From: an uncultured Acidobacteriota bacterium
GTDB taxonomy: Bacteria; Acidobacteriota; Thermoanaerobaculia; UBA5066
Direction of reading: 5' to 3'
NCBI GenBank assembly: GCA_903845115.1
Contig: CAIMWE010000119.1
Location: 828 to 64,827 of the forward strand
DNA: 64,000 nucleotides
Below the pieces are notes generated by a model that made no database searches, was not told the DNA's origin, and saw only the letters and a list, made by a program, of their open reading frames with translations. The translations under genes and the position numbers were made by a program. Shown here in pieces: positions 17,916 through 27,200 of this stretch. Positions within the stretch are counted from its first letter, which is position 1, and every line of letters starts with the position of its first letter.

Positions 17916-18608
17916 ATGATCTACTCCTCTGAAGTCGAGCACATGTGCCGCGTGGCGAAGGGACCTGACCACGGCCCCGCGCCCATTCCCCAGGAGGGCC
18001 GCTGGGTCCAGGCCAAGGAGATCAAGGACATCTCCGGCCTCACCCACGGGGTCGGCTGGTGCGCCCCCCAGCAGGGCGCGTGCAAGCTGACCCTCAACGT
18101 CAAGGACGGCCTCATCCAGGAAGCCCTCGTCGAGACCATCGGGTGCTCGGGCATGACCCACAGCGCGGCCATGGCTGCCGAGATCCTGTCGGGGAAGACG
18201 CTCCTGGAGGCCCTGAACACGGACCTGGTGTGCGACGCCATCAACACGGCCATGCGCGAGCTCTTCCTCCAGATCGTCTACGGGCGCACCCAGACCGCGT
18301 TCTCCGAGGGCGGCCTCCCCGTGGGCGCCGGGCTGGAGGACCTGGGAAAGGGCCTGCGCAGCCAGATCGGCACGATGTACGGCACCGTGGCCAAGGGGGT
18401 CCGGTACCTGGAGATGGCCGAGGGCTACGTCACGCGGATGGGCCTGGACGAGAACGACGAGGTCATCGGGTACGAGTTCGTCCACCTGGGGAAGATGATG
18501 GAGTCCGTCGAGAAGGGCGTGGAGCCGGCGGAGGCCTTGAAGAAGGCCACCTCCAGCTACGGCCGGTTCGCCGAGGCCGCCCGCGTCATCAACCCGCGGC
18601 ACCAGTAG
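17916..18608 (+). CDS. NifU/IscU N-terminal-domain-like Fe-S scaffold protein
   Basis: GAAGGAGG RBS 7 nt upstream. GVGWCAPQQGACKLTLNV...ETIGCSGMTHSAAMAAEILSGKTLLEA matches the IscU pattern (Cys...GC..a..S....v.Gkt..eA). Confidence 0.75.
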   Translation: MIYSSEVEHMCRVAKGPDHGPAPIPQEGRWVQAKEIKDISGLTHGVGWCAPQQGACKLTLNVKDGLIQEALVETIGCSGMTHSAAMAAEILSGKTLLEALNTDLVCDAINTAMRELFLQIVYGRTQTAFSEGGLPVGAGLEDLGKGLRSQIGTMYGTVAKGVRYLEMAEGYVTRMGLDENDEVIGYEFVHLGKMMESVEKGVEPAEALKKATSSYGRFAEAARVINPRHQ

Positions 18609-18625
18609 GGAAGAAGGAGAAGGCC

Positions 18626-19627
18626 ATGGCCCTGTTCGAAAGCTACGAACGAAGGATCGGTCGAATCAACGAGGTGCTGGCCCAGCACGGTCTCGGCTCC
18701 CTGGAGGAGGCGAGGCAGCTCGTCGAGGCCCGGGGCGTCGACGTCTACGGCATCGTGAAGGGGATCCAGTCCATCTGCTTCGAGAACGTCTGCTGGGCCT
18801 ACATCCTCGGGGCCGCCATCGCCCTGAAGAAGGGCCAGTCGAAGGCCGTGGAGATCGCCACGTCCCTGGGCGAGGGGATGCAGGCCTTCTGCATCCCGGG
18901 CTCCGTCGCCGAGGACCGCAAGGTCGGGATCGGCCACGGGAACCTCGCCTCCATGCTCCTGAAGGAGGAGACGAAGTGCTTCGCCTTCCTGGCGGGCCAC
19001 GAGTCCTTCGCCGCGGCCGAGGGCGCCATCGGCCTGGCCAGGAGCGCCAACAAGGCGCGCAGGGAGCCGCTGCGGGTCATCCTCAACGGCCTGGGCAAGG
19101 ACGCCGCCCAGATCATCTCCCGCATCAACGGCTTCACCTACGTCCAGACGAAGTTCGACTACGCGAGCGGCAGGCTGGACATCGTGAGGGAGGTCCCTTA
19201 CTCCAAGGGGGAGAAGTCCAAGGTCCGCTGCTACGGGGCCGACGACGTGCGAGAGGGGGTGGCCATCAACCACCACGAGGGAGTGGACGTCTCCATCACG
19301 GGGAACTCCACCAACCCCACCCGCTTCCAGCACCCGGTCGCGGGAACGTACAAGAAGGAGTGCCTGGAGCAGGGGAAGAAGTACTTCTCCGTGGCGAGCG
19401 GCGGCGGCACGGGGCGCACGCTCCACCCGGACAACATGGGCGCCGGTCCGGCCTCGTACGGCATGACCGACACCATGGGGCGCATGCACTCCGACGCCCA
19501 GTTCGCGGGATCCTCGTCGGTCCCCGCGCACGTCGAGATGATGGGTTTCCTGGGCATGGGCAACAACCCGATGGTGGGAGCCAGCGTGGCGGTGGCCGTG
19601 GCCCTGGAGCAGGCGCTGGCGAGCTGA
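18626..19627 (+). CDS. GGGtGRT-family protein (uncharacterised family)
   Basis: Only the part of track ORF 18059..19627 from ATG 18626 (MALFESYERRIG..., AAGGAGAAGG RBS) is protein-like. Contains the family-naming motif SGGGTGRTLHPDN. Confidence 0.85.
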   Translation: MALFESYERRIGRINEVLAQHGLGSLEEARQLVEARGVDVYGIVKGIQSICFENVCWAYILGAAIALKKGQSKAVEIATSLGEGMQAFCIPGSVAEDRKVGIGHGNLASMLLKEETKCFAFLAGHESFAAAEGAIGLARSANKARREPLRVILNGLGKDAAQIISRINGFTYVQTKFDYASGRLDIVREVPYSKGEKSKVRCYGADDVREGVAINHHEGVDVSITGNSTNPTRFQHPVAGTYKKECLEQGKKYFSVASGGGTGRTLHPDNMGAGPASYGMTDTMGRMHSDAQFAGSSSVPAHVEMMGFLGMGNNPMVGASVAVAVALEQALAS

Positions 19628-19650
19628 CCCCCCTGGACCTCGAGGAGGCG

Positions 19651-19715
19651 CTCGCCCCTGAGAGCGGCGACGAAGTGCCGGAGCGCCTCGCCGAGAGGCC
19701 CGAGGACCGCTGACG
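19651..19715 (+). repeat. Right copy of the direct repeat: non-coding relic of a moeA 3' end
   Basis: Would translate as ...LAPESGDEVPERLAERPEDR*, compared with the MoeA C-terminus ...AVALKSGDEVLVHLIEEPEDR*. Lies in the 121-nt gap after the GGGtGRT gene. Confidence 0.6.
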
Positions 19716-19748
19716 GGTCCGAGCTGGACGGCTGGCCGGGGCCCGGGG

Positions 19749-20174
19749 TCAGTTCACGGAGAGGAGGATGGCCAGCCGGGTCAGGGTGATGGGGTGGCGC
19801 CCCAGGCCGCGGATCCTTATGCTCCCTCCGACCGCCTTCTTGAATATGCTCCTTCCAACCCCGTCGAAGAGGTACGGAAGACCGCCGACGAGATTGACGT
19901 TCGACATCTCGATGATCGACTCCGAGTCGGTCGTGACGGTCGCGTCGACGCCTTCCGCGATGCCGTCCCTGATGACGCAGCTTCCCCCGGAGAAGACGAG
20001 GGTCAACGACACCTCGGCGTCGGTCGCCGAGAGGCCGACCGACCCCTTCAGGAGGGAGAAGACCCTCGCCTTGTACGGGCTCGTCTCGACGTTCGCCCGG
20101 ATCAGGTCGGCCACCATGTTGGCCAGGCCGTTTTCCAGGGCGCTCTTGTCGACGGTGATCTGTGGTGCGGTCAA
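19749..20174 (-). CDS. SCP2 sterol/lipid-carrier domain protein (141 aa)
   Basis: Only the C-terminal part of track ORF 19749..21350 is protein-like. TTG 20174 sits 6 nt downstream of GGAGG. Sequence LTAPQITVDKSALENGLANMVADLIRANV...GGSIRIRGLGRHPITLTRLAILL resembles SCP2-fold proteins. Confidence 0.7.
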   Translation of the reverse strand: MTAPQITVDKSALENGLANMVADLIRANVETSPYKARVFSLLKGSVGLSATDAEVSLTLVFSGGSCVIRDGIAEGVDATVTTDSESIIEMSNVNLVGGLPYLFDGVGRSIFKKAVGGSIRIRGLGRHPITLTRLAILLSVN

Positions 20175-20248
20175 GAGAGACCTCCAATCCCCGCGGCTCC
20201 AGGGTGCGGGACCCGGTACGACCGAGGCTTCCGGGACGACCGGATCTC

Positions 20249-21415
20249 CTAGAACGCGGCCTTCAGGACCCCGAGCACCTCGTCCGCGTCGAGCACGGCC
20301 CTGCCGTTGTAGATGATCGAGGCGTCCGCGAGGGTCGCCTCGGCGAGCTCCGGGAGGGCGCTCTCGGGGACCCCCTGTGAAGAGAGCGTCTGCGGCAGCC
20401 CGGTCCGGGCGGCCAGCTCCGAGAGGAGCCTGGCGGCCGCCTCGGCACAGGCCTCGTCGGAGACCCCCGCGACCTGGAATCCCAGCGCCTCGGCCACGGG
20501 ACGGTAGGCGCCGGCGATCTCCCCCGCGTTGAACCGGACGACGTGGGGCAGGAGGATGGAGTTCGCGAGCCCGTGGTGGACGCCGTGGCGCGCCCCGATG
20601 GTGTGGGCGATGGCGTGGACGAGGCCGACCTGGGCGTTGGAGAAGGCCGTCCCGGCCATGTTCGACGCGATCAGCATCTGGCCCCGGGCCACGAGGTCCT
20701 TGCCGTCGTCGACGGCGCGCGGCAGGAACTCGCGGATGAGGCGGATGGCGTGGAGCGCCAGGCCGTCGGCGATCGGCTCGTTCTGCTGGGAGTGGATCGA
20801 CTCCACCGCGTGGGACATGGCGTCCATCCCCGTGGCGGCGGTGAGGCCGCGCGGCAGCCCGACGGTCAGCTCCGGGTCGAGGAGCGCCGTGTTCGGGATG
20901 ATGTTGTAGTCGCCGAAGAGGAGCTTCTGGTGGGCCTCGTGGTCCTTGATGACCGCGACGTACGTCACCTCGCTGCCGGTCCCGGCCGTCGTCGGGATGG
21001 CGACGTGGGGCGTCGCCGGCCGCTTCAGCACCTGGAACCCCTCGTAGTCCCGGAGGGAGCCCCCTTCCTTGAGGACGATGGCGATCCCCTTGGCCGTGTC
21101 GATCGCGCTCCCGCCGCCGACGCTGACGATGCAGTCGGCGCCCCGCTCGCGCGCGAAGGCGGCCCCCGCGTCGACCAGGTGGACGCCCGAGTCGGGCACG
21201 ACGTCCGAGTAGATGCCGGCACAGGCGTCGCCCAGCACCTTCTCGATGCGCGAGGGGATGTCCGTGCTCTTCGCCAGGACCGAGTCGGTGACGACGAGCG
21301 CCCGAGCGCAGCCGAGCGCCCGGACCTCCTCCTTGACGTCGCGGGAGCAACCCGGGCCGAAGACGACCCGGGTCGTGTTCATGTAGATGAACGAGAGGCT
21401 AGCGTCGTAAGTCAC
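20249..21415 (-). CDS. Iron-containing (type III) alcohol dehydrogenase
   Basis: 388 aa. GGGSAIDTAKG, PTTAGTGSE and HAIAHTIGARHGVHHG metal-binding motifs. GTG start with GGAG RBS. Confidence 0.9.
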   Translation of the reverse strand: MTYDASLSFIYMNTTRVVFGPGCSRDVKEEVRALGCARALVVTDSVLAKSTDIPSRIEKVLGDACAGIYSDVVPDSGVHLVDAGAAFARERGADCIVSVGGGSAIDTAKGIAIVLKEGGSLRDYEGFQVLKRPATPHVAIPTTAGTGSEVTYVAVIKDHEAHQKLLFGDYNIIPNTALLDPELTVGLPRGLTAATGMDAMSHAVESIHSQQNEPIADGLALHAIRLIREFLPRAVDDGKDLVARGQMLIASNMAGTAFSNAQVGLVHAIAHTIGARHGVHHGLANSILLPHVVRFNAGEIAGAYRPVAEALGFQVAGVSDEACAEAAARLLSELAARTGLPQTLSSQGVPESALPELAEATLADASIIYNGRAVLDADEVLGVLKAAF

Positions 21416-21438
21416 GGCTCTTCTCCGAGCTCAGCCGT

Positions 21439-21864
21439 TCAGGGCTCGTCCAGGAACTGCGTCGGGACGCGCGTCGCGCAGGTCACGAGCGCCTGGGCCG
21501 CCTTCACGTTGCGGACGATGATCTGCAGGTTCCCCTTCAGCTTGAGCTTGCCCTGCATCATCCCCTTCACCGGCTCCAGCTCCTTGTGGATCACCTGCTT
21601 CCAGCGGGCGTAGTCGCCGAAGATGCAGAAGGGGGCGGTCTGCGCCTCCTCGGCCGTGCAGTGGTGCGACTCTCGGCACACCCCCTCGTGCAGGTCGAGC
21701 CACATCCCGTACGCCTCGTTGATCCCGAGGTCGGGCTGGGCGTTGACGACGAGCGCCGTCACGCCGAACGTCCACGGCTTGCCGCCCTCCTTGTACTCGG
21801 GGCTCTCGTTGATGGCGTTGTGGAACGCCGCCACCCACTCGTCGGAAGGAAACTTCATCGCCAT
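21439..21864 (-). CDS. SCP2 sterol/lipid-carrier domain protein (141 aa), paralogue-like partner of 19749..20174
   Basis: C-terminal part of track ORF 21439..23625. ATG 21864 (MAMKFPSDEWVAAFHNAINES...) has a GAGGGG RBS. C-terminal GMMQGKLKLKGNLQIIVRNV is the typical SCP2 signature. Confidence 0.75.
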   Translation of the reverse strand: MAMKFPSDEWVAAFHNAINESPEYKEGGKPWTFGVTALVVNAQPDLGINEAYGMWLDLHEGVCRESHHCTAEEAQTAPFCIFGDYARWKQVIHKELEPVKGMMQGKLKLKGNLQIIVRNVKAAQALVTCATRVPTQFLDEP

Positions 21865-21893
21865 GTTCTTTCCCCTCTCGTCTGTTCTTTCTC

Positions 21894-23765
21894 TCAGATC
21901 CGCTGGTGAAGGACCTGGCCCACCTCGGCCAGGCCCGCCTGTTCCAGTACCGCCGAAAGAGGCCGGCCGGCCTCGTCCAGGCCCCGCACCTCGTAGTACT
22001 CGCGCAGCATCATCTCCTCGTCGGGGACCAGGCCGGCCGCCGCGCCGTCGGGAAGCGGCGTGAGGATCTTCGCGGGGAGGCGGTCGTCGGCGCGCGTCAC
22101 GCCCATCAGGTTGTTCAGGCAGCGCTTCAGGAGCCACAGCCGCTCCCCGGTCTTCCGGTACTCCTCCACCGAGAAGTCCTCCCAGCCCGTGACGGCCCGG
22201 ATCGCCCGGATCAGGTCGTCGAACTGGTAGCACCACATCTCGAACTCGCACAGGGCCAGGGAATTGAGGGGGACGCCCAGGTCCTCCCCGATCCGCACCA
22301 TGCCCGCCTTCCCCTCGCTCGAAAGCCCTTCGTAGTTCTCCTCGAGGCCGACGTCCGCGTAGGAGGCGAGGCCGTGCTCGATCGCCTCCACCAAGTGGGC
22401 CTTGTGGCAGGCGCCGCGATAGGAGGTCATGTAGGCGAGCGCCAGCCCGTGGGACCCGCGGGGGTCGTGCATCGGGATCTCCAGACCCTTGATCTCGGCG
22501 GTCAGCGCCTCCGAACCGCGCCCCAGCTTCTTCGCCGCGCCGCGGCTCCCCTCGGCCAGGAGGTCCCCGATCCCCTCCCGCTTCGCCAGCTTGTGGAGCA
22601 TGGCGATGGCGCCGTCCACCTCCCCGAACTTCAGCTCGACGCCGCCCGTGTCCTCCAGCGTGAGGAGCCCCTTCGCGAAGCAGTCGTAGGCCCAGGCGAT
22701 GGTGCATCCCGCCGTGATCGAGTCGACGCCGTAGCGGTTGCACCACTCGTTGGACTTGATCACCCCGGCGAGGTCCTTCTGGTTCAGCATCGTCCCGAAC
22801 GAGCAGCAGGTCTCGTACTCGGGTCCCGGCCCCACCGGAGTCTTGTAAGGACCGTCCGGCACCTCCACCTCGCGGCGGCAGGCGATCGGGCAGGCGTAGC
22901 AGGCCAGGCCCCGCTTGAGGTAGGTCTCGGACATCGTCGGTCCGGAGAGGGCGTTGGAGAGCTCGAAGTCCTCGCCGAGGGACCAGTTCGCGATCGGGAT
23001 GTCGCCGATCATCATCCCCAGGTCCATCGCGGAGTCGGTCCCCATCTCCTTGAGGGCCTGCGCCGGCACCGCCTGGCCGATCATCTGGACGAGCGACTTG
23101 CAGATCGCCTTGTAGGAGACCGGGTCGGCGATCGGGACCGTCCCCTCGCCCCGGCAGACGACCGCCTTCAGCCGCTTGCTCCCCATCACCGCGCCCATCC
23201 CGGTGCGCCCGATGAAGTCGTGCTTGTTGTTGGCGATGCACGCGAAGCGGACGAGGTTCTCTCCGGCCTGGCCGATGGAGAGAACGCTGGGGCGCTTCTT
23301 CCCCGCCATCGTCTCCCGGAGCCGGTCGGTCGTCTCGTAGGTGTCGAGGCCCCAGAGCTCCGAGGCGTCCCGCAGCTCGACCTTCCCCTCGTCCAGGACG
23401 AGCATCACCGGCTTCGGCGACTGCCCGACGACGACGATGCCGTCGATGCCGCACCGCTTCAGGGATGGGGCGAAGTCCCCGCCGGCGCTTCCCTCTCCCC
23501 AGATCCCGGTGAGGGGCGAGCGCGCCGCGACGGCGAACCGGGAGCTTCCGGGAATCAGGGTGCCCGAGATCGGGCCGGTCAGGATGAAGAGGTCGTTGTC
23601 CGGACCGAGCGGGTCCGCGGCCCACTTCCCTCGCTGGAAGAAGAGGTAGGCCGCCAGGCCGCTCCCTCCCAGGTATTTTCTCTGGACCTCCGCCGCGATG
23701 GGGAGTTCGGTGATCTCGCCCCGGGCGAGGTCGACCTCCAGGTACTTGCCGACGTAGCCACCCAT
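21894..23765 (-). CDS. aor: Tungsten-type aldehyde:ferredoxin oxidoreductase (AOR family)
   Basis: Trimmed to ATG 23765 (MGGYVGKYLEVDL...). GGSGLAAYL, GRTGMGAVMGSK, [4Fe-4S] ligands CYACPIAC (CxxCxxxC), EYETCCSFG. Confidence 0.9.
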   Translation of the reverse strand: MGGYVGKYLEVDLARGEITELPIAAEVQRKYLGGSGLAAYLFFQRGKWAADPLGPDNDLFILTGPISGTLIPGSSRFAVAARSPLTGIWGEGSAGGDFAPSLKRCGIDGIVVVGQSPKPVMLVLDEGKVELRDASELWGLDTYETTDRLRETMAGKKRPSVLSIGQAGENLVRFACIANNKHDFIGRTGMGAVMGSKRLKAVVCRGEGTVPIADPVSYKAICKSLVQMIGQAVPAQALKEMGTDSAMDLGMMIGDIPIANWSLGEDFELSNALSGPTMSETYLKRGLACYACPIACRREVEVPDGPYKTPVGPGPEYETCCSFGTMLNQKDLAGVIKSNEWCNRYGVDSITAGCTIAWAYDCFAKGLLTLEDTGGVELKFGEVDGAIAMLHKLAKREGIGDLLAEGSRGAAKKLGRGSEALTAEIKGLEIPMHDPRGSHGLALAYMTSYRGACHKAHLVEAIEHGLASYADVGLEENYEGLSSEGKAGMVRIGEDLGVPLNSLALCEFEMWCYQFDDLIRAIRAVTGWEDFSVEEYRKTGERLWLLKRCLNNLMGVTRADDRLPAKILTPLPDGAAAGLVPDEEMMLREYYEVRGLDEAGRPLSAVLEQAGLAEVGQVLHQRI

Positions 23766-23890
23766 ATTACCCAGCCCCCTTCTCTCCGAAAGGATCGAAT
23801 CCCGGGTCATCCCGCAGCCCTTGCTTTCGAAGCCCCCTACGAAGAACCCTCGAATGGACCCCAACCGTTCCCTTCCACGCTATGGGGCGC

Positions 23891-23957
23891 GGAGGATCGT
23901 GTCAACGGGAAACGGCGGGTTGACTCCTCCGTCCGGGGTGCTAAGTTCTCCGGGGAG
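23891..23957 (+). promoter_or_regulatory. Structured 5' leader of the MoaD-like gene with two mutually exclusive hairpins, one of which sequesters the SD
   Basis: Hairpin 1 pairs GGAGGA(23891-96)/TCCTCC(23925-30) plus GTCAAC(23901-06)/GTTGAC(23919-24), with loop GGGAAACGGCGG. Hairpin 2 pairs CTCC(23927-30)+CCGG(23933-36) with CCGG(23950-53)+GGAG(23954-57). That GGAG is the SD located 7-9 nt before ATG 23967. Confidence 0.35.
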
Positions 23958-23966
23958 GGCGGAACG

Positions 23967-24245
23967 ATGCCGCGGATCGTGGTGATTCTCCCTACGCCCC
24001 TCCGTCGGGCCGCGGGGGGGACTCGCGAGGTCGACGCGGAGGGCGAGACGGTCGCCGAAGCCCTCTCCTCCCTGCGCGGCCTCCATCCCGCCGTGGCCCG
24101 CCTCATCCTCCAGGAGAGCGACCTTCCCCGCCCGGGGGTGCGCCTCTTCCTGAACGTCACGGACGTTCGCGCCCTTGGCGGCTTCGACACCCCCCTGGCG
24201 CCCGGCGACCGCCTCTCGGTCGTGCTCCCCATGGCAGGCGGGTAA
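23967..24245 (+). CDS. moaD: MoaD/ThiS-family sulfur-carrier protein (C-terminal Gly-Gly)
   Basis: Only the last 92 codons of track ORF 21906..24245 are protein-like. MPRIVVILPTPLRRAAGG...GDRLSVVLPMAGG ends in GG. Located next to the AOR and moeA genes. Confidence 0.7.
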   Translation: MPRIVVILPTPLRRAAGGTREVDAEGETVAEALSSLRGLHPAVARLILQESDLPRPGVRLFLNVTDVRALGGFDTPLAPGDRLSVVLPMAGG

Positions 24246-24271
24246 GGGCCGGCGCGGAGGGAAGTTCCCGG

Positions 24272-27200
24272 TCAGCCCCTCTCGAGAATCCGCTCCGCCT
24301 CCGAGACGCTCACCTCGCCCTCCGAAACGTGCCGGAGAAGCGAGCGGATCCACTCGTCCCCGGCAACCCCGGCAGCCTCGGCATCCCCCGCGGCCTCGCC
24401 GCCAGTCGTTTTCTGCCCGACAGGCTTCCGGGCAGGCTCCGCCCCGGGGGGGAGGCCGGGCCGCGCGACGACGTACCGGACGAGCTGCCCCACGGTGGGG
24501 TGGTCGTAGAGGTCGGTCGGCTTCAGCTCCGCCCCCAGGCTCTCGCCGATCGACCGGGCAACCTCCGCGGCGAGGAGGGAGTCGATCCCGAGGTCGGTGA
24601 AGGGAGTCGTGTCGTCGATCTGTCCGGCCCCGAGCTCGAGAACCTTCGCGACGCTCGACACGACAGCGTCCCGGACCCTCGTCGAGGGCTCCCCCGAGGC
24701 AGCCGCGCCGGGCACGGCCATCGCAGCCACGGGTGACTCCGCCAGCGGCTCCGGGGGTCGATCCCGGCCCGCCAGCCGGACCAGGCCGTCGCTGCGGGCG
24801 AGGAGCACTCCCCCTTCTCCCGGCGCCTCCCCTTCCGTCACGAGGGGCTCGAACCCCTCCTCCTCGAGGAGACGCCGCCACTGGGCCGCGGAGGCCAGAG
24901 GGGACGAGGCGATCCTGTTCTCGACGTCCTCGCCCAGCCACCAGCCGTCGAGCAGACCGAACGTGAGGGTGAGGAAGTCCTCGGCCTCGAACGCCTCGTT
25001 CAGGACGAGCCATCCCCCGGGGGCGAGAAGCCCCTTGACCCTCCCGAGGGTCCTCCCCAGGTCCCGCGTGGCATGCAGGACGTTCGAGGCCACGACCACG
25101 TCGAACCGGGCCGCCTCGAACCCTTGCTCGGCGCCCTCGCGCTCTACGTCCAGGAGGCGGAACTCCACGAAGGGGAACTCCCCCCCGAACGCGCTCCGGC
25201 CGTGCGCCAGGAAGGCTCGCGAGACGTCCGTGTAGACGTACTCGACTCGCGGGACCGAGGCCAGCTCCCGGAGGACGAAGACGCTCGTCCCACCGGTCCC
25301 CGCCCCGACCTCCAGGACCCGGATCGGCCCTTTCCCTCCCGCAGCGAGGCTCCTCGCCTCGCAGAGCTCGCGCACGCGCTGCGCCGCGAGCCGGTTCGCG
25401 GCATCCGCGACCGCGTGCCCCCGGTAGATGCCGGCGACCCGCTCCAGGGAGCCGCCAGGGAAGAGGACGTCCGTCGGCTGCGTCCCCCCCGTCAGGATCC
25501 CGGGGAACGCCGCGAGGCAGCTGCCGAGGAGCTCACACTGCGGTGCGACCTCCGGGACCTTGCGACCGAATTCCGCCAGGCGCGCCGCGGCCCCTTCGGC
25601 GTCCCTGCCGACCTCCTCCAGGCCCGGCGAGCCGTTGAAGAGCCCTTCCCGTTCCCTGAGCCACCCCGCCCGCTCGAGCATCGCGAAGAGGGCGGCGAAG
25701 AGCTTGCGCCGGCCGGGGGCGATCCCGAGGCTGCGGAAGAGCTCGACCGGGTCGAGACGCGCTCCTGCGCCGAGAGGGACCCCCATCCGCCGCAGCGTCG
25801 CGACGAGGAGCTCCCGCCCCAGGCGCTCCATCTCTCCCAGCGCGTTCCGGAAGCGGAGGGACGCTTCGTCGTCCCTCTCGCGACGACCGACGGGCGCGAG
25901 ACGCGGTCTGGCCGACGAAGCGGAAGAGGAGGAGGAAGCGTCCGCCGCGAGAGCGTGCGCGACGACGCGCCGGGAGAGGTCCGCTCCCATCCGGGCGAGC
26001 GGTCCGTCGTCTGCCCGGATCGCGAGGACCTGGCGGACGCGAGGCTCGCCGAGGAGCCAGTCGACCGTCGCCATCCCGTCCGCCGTCGAGAGGGAGTGGA
26101 CCCCCAGCGCCGCGAGCCGCGCCCGGTACTGCTCCGTCGCCACGACCCCGACCTCGCCCCAGTAGCCCCAGTTGACCGTCTTGACCGGATACGTCACCGC
26201 GGCCCCGACGGCGGCTGCGAATGCGTCCTCGAACGTGGAGGCCGCCGAGTAGTTGCTCTGGCCCGGGTCGCCCGAGAAGGACTCGGCCGAAGAGAAGAAG
26301 AGGAGAAATTCGAGCGGCTCGGCGCGGAGCGCGTGCAGGAGCGCCACGCACCCCTCGACCTTGGGGGAGAGGGCAGCCTGGAGCGTCGCCTCGTCCATCC
26401 GGTCGACCGTCCGGTCCGCGAGGACGAGGGCCGAATGGACCGCGGCCTGGATCGGCCCGAACCGCTCGCGCCCCTGGGCCACGGCGGCTTCGAGAGAGGC
26501 CGGGACCGAGGCGTCCGCCTGGAAGTAGGCGACCTCGCCGCCGAGCCTCTCGATCTCTGCGATCCGCGCCCGCTGCGCGGCGTCCAGGCTCCTCCGGCCG
26601 ACGAGGACGAGGCGGGACCGGGCGGCAGCCAGGTGGGCCGCCAGCTCCAGGCCGAGCCCTCCGCCTCCCCCGACGATCAGGACGACGCCCCGCTCTGGGA
26701 ACGTGAACGGGACGGGCCTCTCCACGTCGAGGGGAAGGAGGGTCCGTACGAAGCGGCAGCCCTCCCGGAGAGCCACGTCCCCGGCGTCCGTCTCGGCCAG
26801 CTCCGCGCGCAGGGCGGCCGCGAGGGCCCCCGCCTCCTGCGACGGCCAGCGTCCGTCGAGGTCGACGCACCGGACGCGCCAGCCACCGTATTCCCGGGAG
26901 AGCGAGCGGACGAAGCCAGGGAGCGTGCCGGCGAAGGGAGTGGACGGCGGCTCCGAGGAGAAGAGGCGGTGGACGCCCCCCGTCGCCACGAGGATCTCCG
27001 CGGAGCGCGCGCCGCCCTCCCGGAGGGCCTTGACCAGCCGGAACAGCGAGAGGAGACCGGCCTCCTGGACGCGCTGGAGTGACGCGAGGTCGTCGAGCGC
27101 TCCCCCGGCCCGCTGGAGCGCCCCGAGGTGGTAGACGCGAGAGACGCCGTGCAGGTCGCCCCCGAGCGCGCCGACGAGCGCTGCCACGAGGGCGTGCGGG

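Noticed and set aside
16479-18602. 707-aa minus-strand ORF
   Set aside because: It is antisense to moeA and the NifU-like gene, has Arg/Gly/Asp-rich composition and contains no motifs.
19749-24245. Possibility that the AOR-SCP2-ADH-SCP2 operon and the MoaD-like gene belong to the PKS cluster
   Set aside because: The plus-strand moaD-like gene converges on the end of megasynthase A, with a 26-nt gap, and separates the two operons. The AOR unit fits the adjacent tungsten island instead. A link cannot be excluded, but nothing in the sequence supports one.
25912-25945. GAAGAGGAGGAGGAAGCG-type purine-rich run that looks like a simple repeat
   Set aside because: It is the antisense of a Ser-rich interdomain linker (ADASSSSSASSARP) inside megasynthase A. 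This is low-complexity coding sequence, not a repeat element.
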